A stretch of DNA of 64,000 nucleotides. Source: Octopus sinensis. Lineage: Eukaryota. Positions 1 to 64,000 of this stretch are shown here, piece by piece. The number at the start of each line of letters is the position of its first letter. Positions within the stretch are counted from its first letter, which is position 1. Made by a program: the position numbers and the translations under genes. The notes under the pieces are model-generated. The model made no database searches and was not told the DNA's origin. It saw only the letters and a program-made list of their open reading frames with translations. The stretch lies in contig NC_043017.1 in assembly GCF_006345805.1 (NCBI RefSeq), positions 18,476,001 to 18,540,000 on the forward strand, in the 5' to 3' direction.

Positions 1-63097
<63,097 letters not shown>

Positions 63098-63256
63098 CTG
63101 AGAAGATAATAATAATGATGATGATGGTGAAAATAATAACAATAATATATTTCTTTATTGCCCACAAGGGGCCAAACAAGGACAGACAAAGGGATTAAGT
63201 CGATTACATCGACTCCAGTGTGTAACTGGTACTAATAATAATAATAATCATAATAT

Positions 63257-63309
<53 letters not shown>

Positions 63310-63723
63310 TAAATAAAAATAAAAATAGAAATAAGACAATTTTAATTTTAATTCAATAAATGATAATAATAATCAGTAGAATTTGAACTCAGAACGTAAA
63401 GACAGACGAAATGCTACAAAGCATTTCTCCCGGTGTGCTAACAATTCTGCCAGCTCGCCACCTTAATAATAATGATGATAATGATAATAATAATAATAAT
63501 AGCAACAACAATCTTTTCTACTCTAGGCACAAGGCCTGAAATTTTGGGGGAGGAGCCTGTTGACTAGATTGACCCCAGTACACAACTGTTACTTAATTTA
63601 TCAACTCCAAAAAGACAAAAGGCAAAGTTGGCCCCAGCGGAATTTGAACTCAGAACGTAAAGACAGACAAAATACCGCTAAGCATTTCTCCCAGCGTGCT
63701 GACGATACTGCCAACTCGCCACC

Positions 63724-63758
<35 letters not shown>

Positions 63759-64000
63759 CCTTTCTACTATAGGTACAAGGCCTGAAATTTGGGGGTGGGG
63801 ACTAGTTGATTGCAGTCATCCCAGTGTTCAACTGGTACTTATTTTATCGAACCCGAAAGGGTGAAAGGCAAAGTCGACCTTGGTGGAATTTGAACTCAGA
63901 ACATAATTTTGGCACCATGCTAGGAATTTGAGAGGAGGAAGAAGATTGATTACACTGACCCCAGTACTCAACTGGTACTTTATTTTAATGACCCTCAAAA

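Overview
Animal genomic DNA, AT-rich and dense in microsatellites and SINEs; the repeat landscape suggests an octopus/cephalopod (inferred, not verified). One gene spans the whole window on the minus strand: an internal part of a HERC1-type giant E3 ubiquitin ligase. I assembled 42 coding exons by hand. All introns are GT-AG and all phases are compatible, giving 8386 nt or about 2795 codons in one frame. The encoded region covers RCC1-like domain 1, a helical region, the SPRY domain, a UBA-like motif and a Cys/His-rich motif. The start lies beyond 64000, and the WD40/RLD2/HECT part lies before position 1. The introns hold a full-length but dead mariner (TIRs, TA TSD, D,D34D), a second mariner remnant and two non-autonomous Helitrons sharing a 3' end. 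They also contain RTE, CR1-like, RLE-type (R4/Dong-like) and Penelope retroelement fragments and at least three tRNA-derived SINE families. The most unusual features are a 168-bp-arm inverted repeat carrying hammerhead-ribozyme-like cores, a second minimal hammerhead-like motif, a 48-bp tandem array of retroposon 3' ends, and a compact nested palindrome. No prokaryotic system or CRISPR array is present. Comparisons with human HERC1 and TE families are from memory, not from database searches.
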